Shown piece by piece: positions 35,896-45,303 of a stretch of DNA of 64,000 bases. Position numbers and translations under genes: made by a program. Within the stretch, counting starts at the first letter, position 1; the number at the start of each line of letters is the position of its first letter. The stretch covers positions 1,806-65,805 of the forward strand of contig JBAUAN010000218.1 of NCBI GenBank assembly GCA_049675725.1, given 5' to 3'. The notes beneath the pieces are model-generated. The model searched no databases and was not told the origin of the DNA. It saw only the letters and a list, made by a program, of their open reading frames with translations. The DNA is from Candidatus Sulfotelmatobacter sp. Its GTDB lineage: Bacteria > Acidobacteriota > Terriglobia > Terriglobales > Acidobacteriaceae.

Positions 35896-36579
35896 TTATT
35901 TGGCCGGCAGCAGGTCGCCGGTGGCCAGTACGTAGGTAGTCAATTTGTCCAGCTTGATGTTGGTGCTCTTGGACACAATCGCAATCACCCCGTCGTTATT
36001 CTTCGCGGACTCGACATCCTTCATCAGAACACGGCGATTCGAAGTTGCGGAAGCAGGCGTGTCGGGAACGGACCCACCGTTGCCCGTGTCACTTCCTGGG
36101 AACGGCCTGTACACCTTTGTAGTCGTATCAGGATACTGCCCCAGACCGTTCCAGGTCCTCTTCGCAGGTTGTTCCGGCCCGTACTGCAGATCTTGCCCTG
36201 TACTGTCGATCGTGGGGTAATACCACGCCGTCAGGTAGGCGGTGACGGACTCGGACTCCTTCTTCCACAGCACAGAATTGATGCGGATCGCGAGGCGGGA
36301 TGGGTCGGTGGGAGTCTTCGCGACCGACTCGATCACTTCCCCTGAGAAAACGGCATTCCTCGGCACCACCTTACCATCGATCAAGGTTGCGACTTCAAGT
36401 TTGGCTCGAATCTTGGCTCCGACCGGCGTTTTGCCGGCGGCCACGTTTTGCTGCATCACCACCGGAAACTCAAGCGTACCGGAAGGCGCGGATGCGGCCG
36501 GTTTCTGCTGGCTGAGGGTTGTGGCGCAAGAGAAAACGCACAGTACCAAGATTGATACTGCCATACGACGGGTCGACAT
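35896..36579 (-). CDS. Secreted hypothetical protein
   Basis: 227 aa with signal peptide MSTRRMAVSILVLCVFSCATTLSQQ and normal composition. No family recognised. Confidence 0.65.
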   Translation of the reverse strand: MSTRRMAVSILVLCVFSCATTLSQQKPAASAPSGTLEFPVVMQQNVAAGKTPVGAKIRAKLEVATLIDGKVVPRNAVFSGEVIESVAKTPTDPSRLAIRINSVLWKKESESVTAYLTAWYYPTIDSTGQDLQYGPEQPAKRTWNGLGQYPDTTTKVYRPFPGSDTGNGGSVPDTPASATSNRRVLMKDVESAKNNDGVIAIVSKSTNIKLDKLTTYVLATGDLLPAK

Positions 36580-36742
36580 CGAAATACCCCCCGTTGCTAT
36601 TTGAACCGAAATTTGCCAAGAAACTTGCCCGATTGCCGCAGGGCTATGCTTCGTACGGCACGAGTATAACCCCGGTGTCGAGAAAAAGGCCCCTCAGGCA
36701 TGCAAAAACGTCGAGAATCCCGCTAGGATATCGATTTTCTTC

Positions 36743-36785
36743 TTGACAACGGTCATGGCATGGATGTAACACCGTAAACGCTTAC
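36743..36785 (+). promoter_or_regulatory. Candidate promoter (TTGACA-N16-TGTAAC) with overlapping operator GTAAACGCTTAC (36774-36785)
   Basis: TTGACA is at 36743-36748 and a 4/6 -10-like hexamer at 36765-36770. An 11/12 copy of the palindrome follows immediately downstream. All of this lies about 85-125 bp upstream of the TonB-dependent receptor gene. Confidence 0.4.
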
Positions 36786-36867
36786 GATTTTGTAGTTGAA
36801 TTGTAGTAGCTCCGCGACCGGTTGGTCGCGGCCACCTTAACTGACGAATGATTTTGGAGGCATTGAA

Positions 36868-39800
36868 ATGAGATTCCTCTCGCCCAAGTTTGCCGGGAGT
36901 TTTGGCCTGGCTATCGGACGCACTGGCGTTTGCCTTGCGGTTCTCCTAGCAGCCATGTTTGTAGTCTTCGCCGGCCAATCGCTGGCCCAGGAAGCCACCA
37001 TCGTCGGCACCGTGACCGACCCCACCGGCGCAGCGGTTCCCAACGCCGCCGTCACCATCACCAACACCGATACCGGCGTGACCCGCAACTTGCCCAGCAA
37101 TGGCGACGGTCAATATGTGGCGCCTGACTTGGTGATCGGGCACTACACCGTGCACGTGACCGCGGCTGGCTTCAAGGCCGCCGAGCAGAAAGCGATTAAG
37201 CTCGACGTAGGCGACCGCACCCGCGTGGATTTTAAGCTGCAAGTAGGCAGCGCGCAGGAGGAAGTGACTGTTGAGGCCAACGCCGTAGCCGTACAGACCG
37301 ACACCGGCGAGGTCAGCAACGTGATTAACGGGCAACAGATAACTCAGTTGGCCACCAACGGCCGCAGCCTGTACTCCCTGTTCGCCCTGGCCCCGGGAGC
37401 ATCGAGCCTCCAAGGGTCTCGTATCGCTTTTACTCCCGTCAGCGGTGACAGCACAGTCAGCATCAACGGCGAGCGCGCGGGCCACAACCTGCAGCTCATT
37501 GACGGCGGCGAAAACCTCGACCGCGGCGGCAGCAGCGGCAGCGTTATGCCTTCCATCGACTCCCTCGCTGAGTTCCGGAACATGACCTCGAACTACAGCG
37601 CGGAATACGGCTTGGCTTCCGCGGCACAGATCGCCACCGTAATCAAGTCGGGAACCAAGCAGTTTCACGCTTCGGCTTGGGAGTTCTTCCGCAACGACGC
37701 TCTCGATGCCCGCAACTATTTCACCCCCGCTCCTGCCGCAGTTCCCGAATTGCGGTACAACATTTACGGCTTCAACGTAGGCGGGAAGGTTCCAGGGATG
37801 AACAACCATCCAACCTTCTTCTTCTACAACCAGGAATGGCGCAAGGAGATTGATGGCGGCCTGCTGAACAAGCCCATGCCCCCAGCCAGCGCCTATCCCG
37901 ACGCGACGACGGGCAACGCGGTGATCCCAGCTTCGTATGGCACTAACAATGGCACCCCGATTGCGATTCAGGCGGTTGTGCCCTACGTCGTCGTAACACC
38001 CGGGACGACTCCCGTTCTCGGGCCCTACCCTAAGGAGTTCGCCAACTGCACCGGCGGCGTTGCCCCGACCGGCGTTACTCCTGGTTCGCCCTTCCCCTCC
38101 AACACAATTCCCAGTTGTATGATCAACGCTAACGCAGTAGCTCTGCTGACCGCCGGTGGCAAGTACGGCGGGATCTTCCCGCAGCCGACTAGCGGTACGG
38201 ATTTCGTGGGCGGCAACAATTCTCCTACAGACTTGCGCGAGGAGATTGCCCGCGTCGATCACACTTTCAGCAGCAAGTTCTCCGTGTTCGGGCACTGGAT
38301 TTCCGAGCAGGTCGCCCAGACTTACGGGACCACCCAGTGGAGCGGCGACACCTCTCCTGCCGCCGCCAACACCTTCGGGAATCCTTCCTACAGCGCCGTG
38401 ATCCATACCACCTACGTGATAAGCCCGACGCTGCTCAACGAAGCTTCCTTCAACTACAACGGCAACCGCATTGCCATGTCGAACATCAACCTGTTCAGTG
38501 CCCCCAGCTCATTTACCTTTAACCGGCTCTTTAGCGGACCGAACGTCAACAACCGCATCCCGTCGATCAATCTGAATGGCATAACCGGCGCCGACTACAC
38601 CGTGAACTGGATGCCCTGGAACAATGCGGCCAACGATTACCAGTTGCGCGATGACGTTTCCTGGACCAAGGGAGCGCACCAGCTCAAGATGGGCTTCAGT
38701 TGGGCGTTGTACAAGAAAGTTCAGGATGCTTTCGCCAACACCGAAGGCAACTTCAACTTCAACGGGTCGTTCACCAGCGCCGCTGGATGTACGGGAACGA
38801 GCACCCTCTCTTGCGGGTATGACTTTGCCGATTTCCTTCTGGGCTATGCCCAGCAATACACGGAAGACGGCGTCAAGATCACCGGCCACTGGAATAACAT
38901 CTCTCCGGCGGCGTATGTTCAGGACAACTGGCGCGTAAACAGCCGATTGACATTAAACCTTGGACTGCGCTGGGATGGCATTCCGCATACCTACGAAGCC
39001 GACCATCTCTCGTCGAACTTCTATCCCAATCTGTACAACCCCGCGATGGCGGCCACGTTTGACGCCCAGGGGAACATTTGTGGCCCCAACTCTGTCCCGC
39101 TGTGTGCCGGCGGGAACAGCCCCGGCGTCATTACGAGTACCAACCCGACGTTGGGCGGCGTTCAGTTCTACACCAACGGTATCGGTACCGGCGGTGTGAA
39201 TGGCATTCCGAAGGGCTTGGTCAACAATTCCTGGAATAATTGGGGACCGCGGCTGGGCTTCGCTTACGACCTTACCGGTCATGCTAAAACCGTCGTCCGC
39301 GGCGGCTTCGGCGTGTCCTACGAGCGCATTCAGGGCAACGACATGTATAACGGTGCCGTGAATCCGCCGGGCGACCCGAACCCCACGCTCAACGGCGTGT
39401 CGCTTTCAAATCCCGGCACTAGCCTCGCCTCCGGCGTCACTATCTCCGCGGCGAACTTGCCGATCCTTCCTCTCGGAGTGACCGGTATCGCCGACAACTA
39501 CAAGCCTCCGGTCAGCTACCAGTACAGCGCTGGTGTCCAGCAGGCCGTAGGAACGCACGCGGTGTTGAACATCTCGTATGTTGGCAGCCAGGGTCGGCAC
39601 GAGAACTACTACCAGGCAATCAACCTGCCGCCGTTGGCTGATTTGGGGTATTTTGTCAACAGCGCAGCACACACTGCGAACGGAAAAACGGGCGGACCCA
39701 GCTTTGCCGAAGTCGCCCAACCCTATTCCGGTTTCGGCCAAATGCGGCTGTCTTATAACGGCGCCAACGCCAGCTATAACTCGCTGCAAACGTCGCTGAC

Positions 39801-40527
39801 GGGGACCTTTAAGCGTGACCTGCATCTGCAAGTCGCCTATACGCTTGCCAAGGCGGAGGATGCGACTACGTCGACCGGCAGCGGCGGCGATCTCGAAAAC
39901 GCCACCAATCCTTATCAGGGATGGAGGTACGATTTCGGACCGTCGGTGTTCGACCGCAAGAGTGTCTTCTTCGCCAACTTCGTATACGACCTCCCAGTAT
40001 TCCGGGACAGCGGGAGCCGACTGTTGAAGGCGACGTTGGGTGGATGGCAGTTCTCGGGAATCGTCACCGAGGAATCGGGGGCGCCCGTCAACCTCGGACT
40101 GAATGGAGAAAACGCCGGCAGCATTATCAGCAATTCAGGAAGCCGGCCCAATTTGACTGGGTCTATTTCCTATCCCAAGTCTAAGAATGGTACGACTGTA
40201 CAATGGTTCAGCACGTCAGCGTTCGCTCCGCCGACCTGCCTCGCTGGCGGTCCGGGAACAGATTGCTACGGCAACCTGGGATTCGATGCCATCCGCGGTC
40301 CCGGCCACAACAACTTCGACCTGGCACTCCTCAAGAACTTTGCCTTTACCGAAAAGTTCCACATGGAGTTCCGGGCTGAAGCGTTCAACGCCTTCAACCA
40401 CACCGAGTTTGAAGGCAACTCCAACACGGGCGGCCTCAGCAACAATCAGGGCGCCAGTGACTTTGGCCAAATCAAGAGTGCTTACGACGGCCGGCAGTTC
40501 CAACTCGCTCTGAAGCTGATTTACTAG
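36868..40527 (+). CDS. TonB-dependent outer-membrane receptor with N-terminal carboxypeptidase-regulatory-like domain
   Basis: 1219 aa with a signal peptide (LAVLLAAMFVVFAGQSLAQ). CarboxypepD_reg-like segment GTVTDPTGAAVPNAAVTITNTDTGVTRNLPSNGDGQYVAPDLVIGHYTVHVTAAGF. Plug-like region (VINGQQITQLATNGRSLYSL). Long beta-rich barrel ending in an aromatic residue (...LALKLIY). Confidence 0.88.
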   Translation: MRFLSPKFAGSFGLAIGRTGVCLAVLLAAMFVVFAGQSLAQEATIVGTVTDPTGAAVPNAAVTITNTDTGVTRNLPSNGDGQYVAPDLVIGHYTVHVTAAGFKAAEQKAIKLDVGDRTRVDFKLQVGSAQEEVTVEANAVAVQTDTGEVSNVINGQQITQLATNGRSLYSLFALAPGASSLQGSRIAFTPVSGDSTVSINGERAGHNLQLIDGGENLDRGGSSGSVMPSIDSLAEFRNMTSNYSAEYGLASAAQIATVIKSGTKQFHASAWEFFRNDALDARNYFTPAPAAVPELRYNIYGFNVGGKVPGMNNHPTFFFYNQEWRKEIDGGLLNKPMPPASAYPDATTGNAVIPASYGTNNGTPIAIQAVVPYVVVTPGTTPVLGPYPKEFANCTGGVAPTGVTPGSPFPSNTIPSCMINANAVALLTAGGKYGGIFPQPTSGTDFVGGNNSPTDLREEIARVDHTFSSKFSVFGHWISEQVAQTYGTTQWSGDTSPAAANTFGNPSYSAVIHTTYVISPTLLNEASFNYNGNRIAMSNINLFSAPSSFTFNRLFSGPNVNNRIPSINLNGITGADYTVNWMPWNNAANDYQLRDDVSWTKGAHQLKMGFSWALYKKVQDAFANTEGNFNFNGSFTSAAGCTGTSTLSCGYDFADFLLGYAQQYTEDGVKITGHWNNISPAAYVQDNWRVNSRLTLNLGLRWDGIPHTYEADHLSSNFYPNLYNPAMAATFDAQGNICGPNSVPLCAGGNSPGVITSTNPTLGGVQFYTNGIGTGGVNGIPKGLVNNSWNNWGPRLGFAYDLTGHAKTVVRGGFGVSYERIQGNDMYNGAVNPPGDPNPTLNGVSLSNPGTSLASGVTISAANLPILPLGVTGIADNYKPPVSYQYSAGVQQAVGTHAVLNISYVGSQGRHENYYQAINLPPLADLGYFVNSAAHTANGKTGGPSFAEVAQPYSGFGQMRLSYNGANASYNSLQTSLTGTFKRDLHLQVAYTLAKAEDATTSTGSGGDLENATNPYQGWRYDFGPSVFDRKSVFFANFVYDLPVFRDSGSRLLKATLGGWQFSGIVTEESGAPVNLGLNGENAGSIISNSGSRPNLTGSISYPKSKNGTTVQWFSTSAFAPPTCLAGGPGTDCYGNLGFDAIRGPGHNNFDLALLKNFAFTEKFHMEFRAEAFNAFNHTEFEGNSNTGGLSNNQGASDFGQIKSAYDGRQFQLALKLIY

Positions 40528-40669
40528 GCCCTCCCCAGGGTCCCCAACATGCCCCACTCGCATAGCCTGCGAGTGGGGCATTTATCCTGTGGACTCTTCC
40601 ACGTTCGCTGCTGTAGGGAAAAACTGTCCCTGTTCGCCGATGGATATCTTGGGTACGCTGGTGGCCGGC

Positions 40670-41836
40670 ATGAAGAACTGGAGATTGCGGGCCGCACTCG
40701 GGATCATTCTTTCGGCGAGCCTTTCAGCGGGCCTTGCAAGTGCTCAAACTGCCACACCGGACCAGGCGGAGGCTCTGGAAAGTCAGGGCAAGCTGCCCGA
40801 AGCGGCAGAGGTGTGGCGGGCGATTACTCAGCAGCATCCTAATGACGCGGCGGCCTTTGCCAGTTTGGGGGTAGTTCTCTCCAGGCAGCAGAAGTATCAG
40901 GAAGCGGCAGCGGCGTATCGCAAAGCAATCAAGCTGAATCCAAAGCTGCCAGGGGTGCAGCTGAATCTGGGCTTGGCGGAGTTTAAGCAGGGCAACTTTC
41001 GTGGCGCGATTGGTCCGTTCCGAGCCGTCCTGGCCTCTGACCCGACGAACTTGCAGGCGCAAACCCTGCTCGGCTTGAGCTGTTACGGCGACAAGCAGTT
41101 TGCGGACGCAGCGAAGTACCTGAAAGTGGCGGCAGCCTCGGATACGGCCAATACTGAACTGCGCCAGGTGCTGGCCCAGAGTTGCCTGTGGGCAAAGGAT
41201 TATGCCTGCGCCCAGGAGGAGTTCCGCCAGATTCTGCAGACCGCCCCGGATTCCGCGAGCGCGCATATTCTCAGCGGGGAAGCTCTGGATGGTTTGGGCA
41301 AGACTTCCGAGGCGATCGAAGAATTTCGAGCGGCGGCAAAAATCTCTCCGAGCGAGCCCGGCGTGCATTTCGGAATCGGCTTTCTCTATTGGAAGCTGCA
41401 TCAGTATGACGACGCCGAAAAAGAATTCGAAGTGGAGTTAGCCAACGATCCCCACCAGGCGCAGGCGCTGGCCTACATGGGTGACATCGAGTGGAAGAGT
41501 AATCATCCGGAGAAGGCGCTCGAGTTGCTCAACCGGGCCGTGCAGAGCAGAAAAGATATACGCCTTGCCTACGTCGATCTGGGCGCGGTCTATACCGAGC
41601 GGAAACAGTATGAACAAGCTGTGGCAGCGCTGCGTCACGCGGTAGAACTGGATCCGGCGCAGGCCGATGCGCACTACCGGCTCGGGCGTTTGTATCAGAC
41701 TCTCGGAAATACGGCGGCCGCGCAGAAGGAATTGGAGAAAGTTCGCGAACTGCATGGCAGGGCCGACGAGGGCCTGGTCGGCAAGATGGCGACCTCTCCG
41801 CCGTCACTGAACGAAGCCGGAGGACGCTCGCCCTAG
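40670..41836 (+). CDS. Secreted TPR-repeat protein
   Basis: Signal peptide MKNWRLRAALGIILSASLSAGLASAQ, then about 9 TPR-like units (e.g. AAFASLGVVLSRQQKYQEAAAAYRKAIKLNP). The ORF opens at the GTG at 40589; ATG 40640 is also possible. Confidence 0.85.
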   Translation: MKNWRLRAALGIILSASLSAGLASAQTATPDQAEALESQGKLPEAAEVWRAITQQHPNDAAAFASLGVVLSRQQKYQEAAAAYRKAIKLNPKLPGVQLNLGLAEFKQGNFRGAIGPFRAVLASDPTNLQAQTLLGLSCYGDKQFADAAKYLKVAAASDTANTELRQVLAQSCLWAKDYACAQEEFRQILQTAPDSASAHILSGEALDGLGKTSEAIEEFRAAAKISPSEPGVHFGIGFLYWKLHQYDDAEKEFEVELANDPHQAQALAYMGDIEWKSNHPEKALELLNRAVQSRKDIRLAYVDLGAVYTERKQYEQAVAALRHAVELDPAQADAHYRLGRLYQTLGNTAAAQKELEKVRELHGRADEGLVGKMATSPPSLNEAGGRSP

Positions 41837-41910
41837 CGGGAAGCGCGTGGCAGCCGTCGCGAGGTTTACTTACAGCTATTCTTACGAATTCATTTCTTTA
41901 GAGGAGAGTC

Positions 41911-43086
41911 ATGTCAAACAGTAACGGATCGTACCAGCCGAAACCTGAGCACAAGTTTTCCTTCGGATTGTGGACATTGGGCAACCGCGGCCGTGATCCC
42001 TTCGGCGAAGCCGTCCGTCCTACCCTGCCGCCCAACGAGATCGTCAAGGTGCTCGGCGAGATCGGCGCCTGGGGCGTGAACCTGCACGACAACGACTTGG
42101 TACCGATCGACGCAACTCCGGCGGAGCGCGACCGCATTGTTCGCGAGTTTCAAAAGGCCTGCAAGGAAAACGGCATCGTCGTCCCCATGGCCACGGTGAA
42201 TCTGTTCTTTCATCCAGTGTTCCGCGATGGAGCGTTTACGGCAAACGATCCTGAGGTGCGCGCCTACGCCTTGCAGAAAACTTTACGCGCGATGGACCTG
42301 GGCGCAGAACTCGGAGCCAAGATTTTCGTATTGTGGGGCGGGCGCGAAGGTGTGGAGACCGATGCCTGCCGCCGCGCGGATGAAGCGATCAACCACTTGC
42401 GCGAAGGCGTGAACTATCTTTGCGAGTACAACATCGCAAAGGGATACGGCTACCGCTTCGCCCTCGAAGCCAAGCCCAACGAGCCGCGCGCCGATATCTA
42501 TATGGCCACCACGGGCCACTACCTGGGATTTATTCCTACGCTCGATCACCCGGAGATGGTCGGTGTCAACCCGGAAGTCGCGCATGAGCACATGGCCGGT
42601 TTGAACTTTATGCATGGAGTGGCGCAGGCGTGGGAAGCAGGCAAACTTTTCCACATCGACCTGAACGATCAAATGCCTGGCCGCTACGATCAGGACCTGC
42701 GCTTCGGCTCGGCGAATCTCAAGTCCGCATTCTGGCTGGTGAAATTTCTAGAAGACGTGGGCTATCAAGGTTCGCGCCATTTTGACGCGCATGCCTACCG
42801 TACGGAAAACTACGACGGCGTAAAAGACTTCGCCCGCGGCTGCATGCGCACCTATCTGATTCTCAAGGAGAAGGCGGCTTGCTGGAATGCGAACCCGACG
42901 ATCAAAGCGATCCTTCAGGAGATTTCAGCAGCCCCACGCGGCACTCCGAAAATCGCGCGACACTCCAAGACAGGATCGACCGCCCTGCTGGCCCACGTTT
43001 TCGATAAAGACGCGATGGCCCAGAAGCGATTGCCTTACGAACTTCTGGATCAACTCACGGTAGACATTCTTCTCGGGGCGGCGTGA
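41911..43086 (+). CDS. xylA: Xylose isomerase (class I, about 390 aa)
   Basis: [41 protein letters not shown] and HIDLNDQ are hallmarks of short class I XylA. A GAGGAGAG Shine-Dalgarno precedes the gene. Confidence 0.95.
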   Translation: MSNSNGSYQPKPEHKFSFGLWTLGNRGRDPFGEAVRPTLPPNEIVKVLGEIGAWGVNLHDNDLVPIDATPAERDRIVREFQKACKENGIVVPMATVNLFFHPVFRDGAFTANDPEVRAYALQKTLRAMDLGAELGAKIFVLWGGREGVETDACRRADEAINHLREGVNYLCEYNIAKGYGYRFALEAKPNEPRADIYMATTGHYLGFIPTLDHPEMVGVNPEVAHEHMAGLNFMHGVAQAWEAGKLFHIDLNDQMPGRYDQDLRFGSANLKSAFWLVKFLEDVGYQGSRHFDAHAYRTENYDGVKDFARGCMRTYLILKEKAACWNANPTIKAILQEISAAPRGTPKIARHSKTGSTALLAHVFDKDAMAQKRLPYELLDQLTVDILLGAA

Positions 43087-43094
43087 TCGTTTTT

Positions 43095-44090
43095 CTATTC
43101 TCCGGCGGGCTTTGAGAACAACGCCGCGCCGCCGGCGATGCCCGCATCGGCCCCGTAATGCGCCAAAACTAGCGGAATCTCCGAGGCGCGCGGGTTCACG
43201 CACCAACTCGGCAGCAGGCGCTTGATCTCGCCGAAAAACGGACTCAGCATCGCTGCCACTCCGCCGCCAACGACCAATACGTCCGGGTCGAGCAAGTCCA
43301 CGATATTCCCGAGCCACACCGTAAGAAGTTCGGCCGTTTCCTGCAGAATTTCCCAGGCCAGCGGATCCCCGGCAGCATAGGCCGTGCCTACCATCTCACT
43401 GGTCACCGATTCAGTCTTTCCGTGCGCGAGACCGAGAAGAGCGGAGCCCCGCACGGGATCGCCAGCAACCAGTGTCCGCGCCCGCGCTGCGATCGCTGGC
43501 CCGGCCGCCAGAACCTCGATGCATCCGCGTTTGCCGCAAGCACAAACTGGCCCGCGATAGTCAATGCTTACGTGCCCGCCTTCGCCTGCGGCGCCCGTGT
43601 TCCCGTGGTAGATGCGGCCATCGAGCACGATGCCCGTTCCGATTCCGGTGCCAACGGTGGCATAAAAAACATAGCGACAGCCGCGCGCCGCTCCCCAGAT
43701 CGTTTCAGCCAGCGCCGCGGCATTCGCGTCGTTGTCGACTTTCACGGGCACGCGGTAAGTTCCGGCAACGCGCGAGGCCAGAGGAAAATTCCGCCAGCAG
43801 GGAAGATTCGGAGGATTGAGCACCACACCAGCTTTGGGATCGAGCGGCCCTGGCGCGCAGATGCCAATGGCCCTGACTCGAATTTGCGGGCTCGCGGTTT
43901 CACCCGCCAACAGCGAGTCGATCGCGGAAGTCACTGCTTTGAGGCCTGCCTCCGGCCCTTCATTCGCCGGCATCGGCAGGCGCAGTTGGACGACCATTTT
44001 TCCGCTGGCATCGACAATGCCGGCCGCAACTTTGGTTCCCCCGATGTCCACACCGATGACGGGACCTGCTTGGTCGGAGCTTTGAGTCAT
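43095..44090 (-). CDS. ROK-family sugar kinase (no N-terminal HTH)
   Basis: ATP-binding motif IGVDIGGTKV, the ROK zinc motif (HVSIDYRGPVCACGKRGCIE), and a C-terminal GGGVA. 331 aa. Substrate is not determinable from the sequence. Confidence 0.88.
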   Translation of the reverse strand: MTQSSDQAGPVIGVDIGGTKVAAGIVDASGKMVVQLRLPMPANEGPEAGLKAVTSAIDSLLAGETASPQIRVRAIGICAPGPLDPKAGVVLNPPNLPCWRNFPLASRVAGTYRVPVKVDNDANAAALAETIWGAARGCRYVFYATVGTGIGTGIVLDGRIYHGNTGAAGEGGHVSIDYRGPVCACGKRGCIEVLAAGPAIAARARTLVAGDPVRGSALLGLAHGKTESVTSEMVGTAYAAGDPLAWEILQETAELLTVWLGNIVDLLDPDVLVVGGGVAAMLSPFFGEIKRLLPSWCVNPRASEIPLVLAHYGADAGIAGGAALFSKPAGE

Positions 44091-44127
44091 GATTAGTCGG
44101 TTTTGGCGGCGCGACGTGGCTTCGTCT

Positions 44128-45042
44128 TCAAGCTTGGGCGGGGAAATCCCCTTTTTTCATGTGCGTGGCCAACTGCCGCAGCAACGCGATGAAAGCGGTG
44201 CTGGCGACGGAAAGGGTACGATCCTTGCGATAGGCAAGGCCAAGTTCTCGGTAGAGTTGCGCATCCTCCAGGTCAATCAGCTTGACTCTTCCAGCCTCGA
44301 CTTCGTCGCGGGCGAACGACGCGCTGATCAGCGAGACCCCGAGATCGGCGGCAACAAAACTCTTGATCATGCCGATGCTGGGCAATTCCATTCGCACGCG
44401 CAGTTCCGCGCTGTAGGGGCGGAAGAGCTTGTCCAGCAACCTGCGGGTGTGGCCTGTTTTTGGAATCAGCAGCGGCTGCTTGATGATCTCGCTGACCGGC
44501 ACCACTTTGTATTTCGCCAGCGGATTCTTGGGACTCACCATCAGCATCAGTTTGTCGCGGAAAATGGGCTGAATCTTCAAGCTTGGCGATTGAATCGGCA
44601 AAGTCAGCACTCCCACCTCAACCTGGCCGTTTTCCAGTTTTTCCATGATTTTGTAGCTGAAGTTTCGATAAATGCTGATTTGCACGGGCGGATAGCGGCG
44701 GCAATATTCGGCGAATACCTCTGGCAAAACGTAGAGGCAGGTCGCTTCGTTGGCGCCGACGCGAAGCGTGCCGCGAGGAGTGCGGCTGTGGTCGGCGACA
44801 GCGGTCAGCGATTCGTCGCGGAGACTCCTCAGACGCTCGGCGTACTCATAGAAAATCTGGCCGGCGGGCGTGAGTTTGACCGTCTTGCCGGAGCGATCGA
44901 GCAGGCGGTCGCCGTATTCCTGTTCCAGTTGACGAATCTGGGCGCTGACCGCCGACTGCGAGCGGAATACTTTTTCGCCCGCGCGCGAGAAACTGCCCTG
45001 CCGGGCAACCTCTAGAAAAGTAACGAGCTGATCGAAGTCCAT
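44128..45042 (-). CDS. LysR-family transcriptional regulator, divergent from gltB (GltC-like arrangement)
   Basis: N-terminal HTH (FLEVARQGSFSRAGEKVFRSQSAVSAQIRQLE) plus a LysR substrate-binding domain. Confidence 0.92.
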   Translation of the reverse strand: MDFDQLVTFLEVARQGSFSRAGEKVFRSQSAVSAQIRQLEQEYGDRLLDRSGKTVKLTPAGQIFYEYAERLRSLRDESLTAVADHSRTPRGTLRVGANEATCLYVLPEVFAEYCRRYPPVQISIYRNFSYKIMEKLENGQVEVGVLTLPIQSPSLKIQPIFRDKLMLMVSPKNPLAKYKVVPVSEIIKQPLLIPKTGHTRRLLDKLFRPYSAELRVRMELPSIGMIKSFVAADLGVSLISASFARDEVEAGRVKLIDLEDAQLYRELGLAYRKDRTLSVASTAFIALLRQLATHMKKGDFPAQA

Positions 45043-45303
45043 GTTTTGTCTTTACTTTAGACTTGGGGTTTAGACTTGGGCGAGATTATAGCGGACTCTG
45101 CGCGGTGCGCCGACATTTCCCGGCGGTTGCCGCGGGGCCGGAAATTTGCATCCTCTGCATCGAAATTCTGAATTGTACTTCCCTTCCGCCAGGCGGTATT
45201 AACAAATGGGCCAGCTTCTTTCTTGGCCGGAGTGTGCAACGCTCCAGTTGTGGTCAATTCAGAGCCCAAGCACAAATGATTGTGAAGCGTTCGGATCCGC
45301 CGA

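Noticed and set aside
45043-45303. Possible riboswitch or leader upstream of gltB
   Set aside because: I could not identify any conserved riboswitch core or a leader-peptide plus terminator arrangement. A divergent LysR regulator is the simpler explanation for control.
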